A stretch of DNA of 64,000 nt, taken from Balanoglossus misakiensis (lineage: Eukaryota > Animalia > Hemichordata). A model generated the notes under the pieces. The model made no database searches, had not been told where the DNA came from, and was given only the letters and a program-made list of their open reading frames with translations. This document shows, piece after piece, positions 59,101 through 64,000 of this stretch (within the stretch, counting starts at the first letter, position 1; each line of letters opens with the position of its first letter). The stretch lies in the NCBI GenBank assembly GCA_040954595.2, contig CM082577.2, forward strand, positions 9,077,846-9,141,845, given 5' to 3'. The position numbers and the translations under genes are program-made.

Positions 59101-62100
59101 TACGGTATTTCCAAACATTAAATTCTAAACTCTAATTAGTATAGAAGAAAGTCTGAAAATTAGGTTCATCATGAAATCGACAGCAACAACAACAACGCCA
59201 ACAACAGCGCCGACGTCATCGTATGTGCAATCGCACGAATGCATTGTGGGTACTTGCTTACCGACTGAAGTAGCTCATAGAACTCTCTGAAGACGTTGAT
59301 GGCGAGGTAAATGCACAGAAACAACTCCAGCGCAAACAGTTGTATTTCATCGAGGCTAAACTCCCGGATGTACAGCAAGCTCTGTTTCAAGCAGAGAAAA
59401 ACGAAAATGACGATACTTTGATCAACTCTCATTGGTTTTGCTGTCCATGCAGGTGGATGTATTATTTAAGCAATAAAACACCCCCAGCCATGGTATATCA
59501 CGAGATTTTGACCAGTTCAGGACATATACGCACGAGCGATAGCGAGTGCGTATATGGAGTTGAACTGGTCAAAATCGAGTGGTATACCATGGCTGGGGGT
59601 GTTTTATTGCTATTATATTATGCCAGTATATTGAAACTTTGCATAAAACATTTTAAAAAGGCATTTTCTTTAACTATGATATATGACTGTGGTATATGGC
59701 TAATATATCACGGTCACGTGTCGTGTCTCGACCAATCAAATAGCGTGATTTACACCATCAATATACTGGTATAATATAATATGAGATACGCCCCCCCCCC
59801 CCCCTCTTAGCATGGGCAAAAACGATCTAAGGCAGCAAGGTAAAATTATGTCCGTGTTGTCCTATCTTATAAATACGCCATGGAGATATCAGAAAATCTG
59901 CGCTTCAAACTATTTTTCATCGAGGTTGACTTACTGGACCGGAGCGCAGAGTTGCGTTAACTCCCGGCGCCGGCAGAGGGCAGCCGTTACTGTCCAGCCG
60001 ACTGGACAGGATGTGATCGGTGCCGAGACACAGGTACGTCAGAGTCGATAGATATGCCACGTAGATGAAGACATCCAGAACAAACATGGCGCGACCGAAT
60101 CGGTTCCTGAAAATAAACAGAATGGAGATGCAATCGGCAAATATAAAATGAAAATAACTGCGAAAAAAGAGGTTATCTAAAGCCTATCATTGCAGCATCT
60201 GTGTCAGTCTTTACATGATGTTCGAATGGCGGGGAGTGACAAATGTCGGCAGGAAACACAAATTGGAGACAAAATGGTTCTAAGTTGAAAATTGTGGCGA
60301 TTGGTTTGGTACAATCTACTCCAGTGGACTGTTTGCCAAGATCTGCGCCGAAAGCCGGAAGTAACAGTGTGTTGCCATACCAACTACGCGTCAAACATCC
60401 ATTCCATCGAATGGAAACGACACGACACTCAAATGAGCTAGATCGTTTAATAATGTTTCACTGTCACGCAGATTACTTAATCAGACATGGAAGTAGCCTG
60501 GCTCACCATTTCAAGTCTAACAAGGTTCTGCAGAGATCGTGAGTCAACAGGTTTTGTCTTTTCCATGAAACCATTGTCTGTGGATAGCAAAAAAAAAATA
60601 CTTTCAATAATGACGTCGCGGATGATCACATGGAAATTTCTCCAACCGATGCATAATTTTCTCTTCCGAGAGTAAAGATTATAGTATGACAATGTCAATT
60701 TTGCGTCATTGACGTACACGTAAGGACTAGAACCATTCCCTAAAGAAGATTGTCTCTTAACTTGATATTATAAAAATAAGTTATTATTGCCCAGATACGC
60801 CTTCGTGACATCTTCAGAAAAAAAAATTGTCATACCAGATTTAAATATCCCAAGATGCAAATTGTACTTACTTTCAGAGCTGTCCATTTCTTCCCAATTC
60901 TTTTCGCTGTCACTGAATCTGGGCCAGGGTCGACGTGTCGAAAGTTATACGTCATCTGTGAAAATCGTGATTGTGACATGTTTTATTTGAATATTTCTTT
61001 ATTATTCGATCTCCTTTTAAAATCATCGAAATTCCCAAGGTCTATCAATATGATGTACCCATTATGATGATACGTTTTAGTTTTGTGACCGTAGCGCGAA
61101 TTGCAATTCCCAGTTTTGTCAACACTGTCATGATATTTTAAAAGCAGACAAACGAACAAAATAGAGACGAATCAATGACGTCACTGATACTAAGTATCAA
61201 TGACGTTACTGTTACCAAGGTATACCTTGAGGTCAGGATCTCTTCTGTCTTTACGAGTGTAACGTACACATTTATCCAGTACTGTGTGGGCAACGTTAGG
61301 CAACTTCTCGATGAGACGGTTGAACGAGGAGAACCCCTTGTCGTCATACTGTGAGATTATGTCCTGCCATCTGCATAAATTAAAATGGCAAGGTCAGAGG
61401 CCATATTTCAACCGATTTGTAAGATCAAATGCTTGATTTTGATTTCTCGTGGGCACACAACCACTTCGTCGTCGTTTTATCTAGTTTATATACGTTTCTC
61501 TGGTTACATCACATCAAATCACATCACATCACGTCACATCACATCACATCACTACGCCGAGCTTCACATAACCACACTCTGTTGCGTCACACAGAATCTC
61601 ACAAAATGGCGTGTCCATGACATGAAAAAAATCTTGTAACACACCCTTTACTGTTAATGAAGACAGTGGCCGTTACGTCCTGCAGATGTTCGGTGGCGAT
61701 ATCGAGACAGTTCTCGCCCTTGGTGTTCTTCAACAGTGTATTGGCGCCTTCCTCCAGAAGGTATGCCGTGACCTCGTCGTGTCCATTGGCCGCGCTCATG
61801 TGCAGCGGCGTGTTCTGCGTGACCAAAGACAGGCGTCAGTAAGAGCTACTATGAATTCTGTAGAAATCGGGTTAAAGTGTCTCTTTAAAAAGTAGGTGAG
61901 TGCACTGAATAAAGTTTTGTGGTAAGACCCTCATACTCTTTACAGATCAAGAACCCGTCCTCAACATTCCCAGACAGCGAGCAATGTTATCCCTAAGCAC
62001 CTTCATAGCGAGGTTGTCAAAACAAAATGCCACAAGGCAACTTCGCCCTGGTTGAGAGTCTAAAGCGAAGCACAGTAAATTAACGTACTCGGTTTTTGTC

Positions 62101-64000
62101 ATTCATGTCGATGTCGGCGTGGTTCTTCAGCAGTGTGGCTACCACGTCAATGTGGCCCTCTGCCGCGGCCAGAGCCAATGCCGAACGTCGGTGCTCGTCC
62201 CTGGATTTAAAAAATGTTGGATTAACATTTTTATTCCAATACAATGATAATTACTTGTATGATTTGGTCGATTTACGAATGATCATTTCCCTGCCATGAG
62301 AATGTTTTATGTTTTAAAAAGGAAAAAAATAATAGTAATGGAATGTCAAGTTCTTTTTTTTGGGTCAATATAGTACGCACCTGCTTGCTATATCAGCGCC
62401 CACTTTCAGCAAATGGTTGACGACCTTCACGTGACCTTCTTGGCTGGCCAATAGCAGTGGCGTACATCCGTCGCTGTCATCTTCGTTGATGTGGCTCACA
62501 TCGACTTCGGCCAGAGCTTCGACGCACTCAAAACGACCCTTCCTGTGCGGTGATAAACAGTGACAGCATGGGATTTGTCACAAATGTACAGTTTTTCTGT
62601 CTATATGTCTGTCTGTGCGTATGTCTGTCTGTCTTGCGTATGTCTGTCTGTTAGATTTGAGAAATAACTCATAGAATGAACAGAGTGGAAGTCTATGTGC
62701 ACTTACGTTGCCGCCAAGTGAAGCGGTGTCTGTTCGTTGCAATCCTTTATCAATATCGAGGCGTTATCCCTGATCAGTAGTTTTAGTATCACAAATGTAC
62801 AGTTTTTCTGTCTATATGTCTGTCTGTGCGTATGTCTGTCTGTCTTTCTGTCTACGGGTTATTGCAGACGACGCTTAACTTACATTTTGTCTTAAATAGT
62901 AGTATATTTGGACAGGCGAACTCTGAAAAAATTCTGACCAACGATAGATTTGAGAAATATTAAACTCATAGAATGAACACAGTGGAAGTCTATGTGCATT
63001 GGGCCTTACTTTGCCGCCAAGTGAAGCGGTGTCTGTTCGTTGCAGTCCTTTATCAATATCGAGGCGTTATCCCTGATCAGTAGTTTTAGTATCTATAGGG
63101 AAAAATTAACAAACAGAAACAAAATCGATCACAGTACTGTAGTATTTTACAAGTAGATAACATAATATAACAATATAATATGACAATACACCTAACTATT
63201 AACTTATTAAAGGCGGTGATGTTTCATCCTCATGCAAATGGTGATGCAGCATCCTATCACCTTAATGTTTCCCGTTTCCACGGCAACGTGACTCGGCGTG
63301 TGCTCATTCTTGTCCTTGGCGTTGATCAAGTTGGTGGCGCTTTGGAGGTTCTCCAGAATGATCTCGGCGAACTCCGTGTGGTTCCCTTCGGCGGCCCAGT
63401 GGAGGCAGTTCTTGAGTTCTCGGTCGGTGGCCGCGATGTTGGCGCCGTTGGAGATGAGGTACTTCGCCGTCTCGCTCTGTCCCTTCCACGCGGCAGCGAG
63501 AAACGGCGTGAAGCCCTCCACGTCGCGGGCTTCTAATTTGGCCCCCTGGTGCAATGATACAAATCTGTCATTAAAATTCATAATAAATGAAAAATGCTGA
63601 TAATTTTCGCATCTGACTCGAAACTATCATCATGTCGGCGTGGTTCCATCAACTATTTTCAAAACAGCTGAAACATTCCAAGAGTTTTAGCCCGCCATTA
63701 TTATGTCGTTTGCAAATTACACAATCAGAAAAGTAATTATCACGTCATGTTTTCCAAGAAATCATGCTTATAAAACCGCTGGATTTTAATATAATGGAGT
63801 AATGCCGGATATGCGATACTGTCCCTAACCATTTCAACTTATAAAAAATCTAATAGGCCTAACTACGTATCTTACTGAGTCTAATACATTTACTCACATT
63901 TTGAACCAAAACTTCGACGACCTTGATATTACCATACATGGCTGCCCTGAAAGGTTCAGAAAAAGACAGTAAAACCCATGATATCAGTGGGGACACGGGT
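56181..64000 (-). CDS. TRPA1: TRPA1-like ankyrin-repeat cation channel, tandem copy D (exons 8-26; 5' part beyond the window)
   Basis: Ankyrin exons at ~61645-63946; linker exons at ~61226-61371, 60872-60955 and 60507-60577 (TMVSWKRQNLLTHDLCRTLLDLKW); TM exons at 57786-60105 with pore MTVGEMSY; LGVAVGDI exon at 57337-57405; C-terminal exons at 56906-57013, ~56627-56742 and 56181-56320 (…DLSNVN*). Confidence 0.88.
59469..59781. mobile_element. Double-hairpin non-autonomous element in a copy D intron
   Basis: Hairpin 1: 59469-59497 pairs with 59583-59611 (AGCAATAAAACACCCCCAGCCATGGTATA), with inner arms GATTTTGACCAGTTCA and CATATACGCAC. Hairpin 2: 59611-59634 pairs with 59758-59781 with one mismatch. 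Confidence 0.7.
62579..63093. repeat. Local tandem duplication including copy D ankyrin exon 10 (copies at 63010-63092 and 62707-62789)
   Basis: Units 62579-62789 and 62790-63093 share intron blocks and a near-identical exon (ILKLLIRDNASILIKDCNEQTPLHLAA). Confidence 0.85.

Overview
This is eukaryotic (animal) genomic DNA, intron-rich and microsatellite-rich; an invertebrate deuterostome such as an acorn worm is a guess from sequence style only. All supported genes lie on the minus strand. (1) A 19-exon CCDC57 orthologue (<1-8924) lacks only its last few codons. (2) An unrecognised ~968-aa gene (9551-15100), largely missed by the ORF track, has short helical N-terminal exons all joined by phase-1 introns, a 2.25-kb acidic/disordered last exon, and an optional frame-preserving exon with an in-frame TAG. 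(3) A head-to-tail tandem array of at least four ankyrin-repeat TRPA1-like channel genes: three complete 26-exon copies at 15772-25618, 26964-39367 and 40832-53633, and a fourth at 56181->64000. All four lack the C621/C665-equivalent electrophile-sensing cysteines. Copy C has a tandem pair of 71-nt linker exons that look mutually exclusive, plus a GC-AG intron. Copies A and D carry independent local duplications of the same ankyrin exon. Several non-autonomous DNA transposons and hairpin elements sit in introns. Exon boundaries were read by eye from GT/AG signals and frame continuity and may be off by a few nucleotides.
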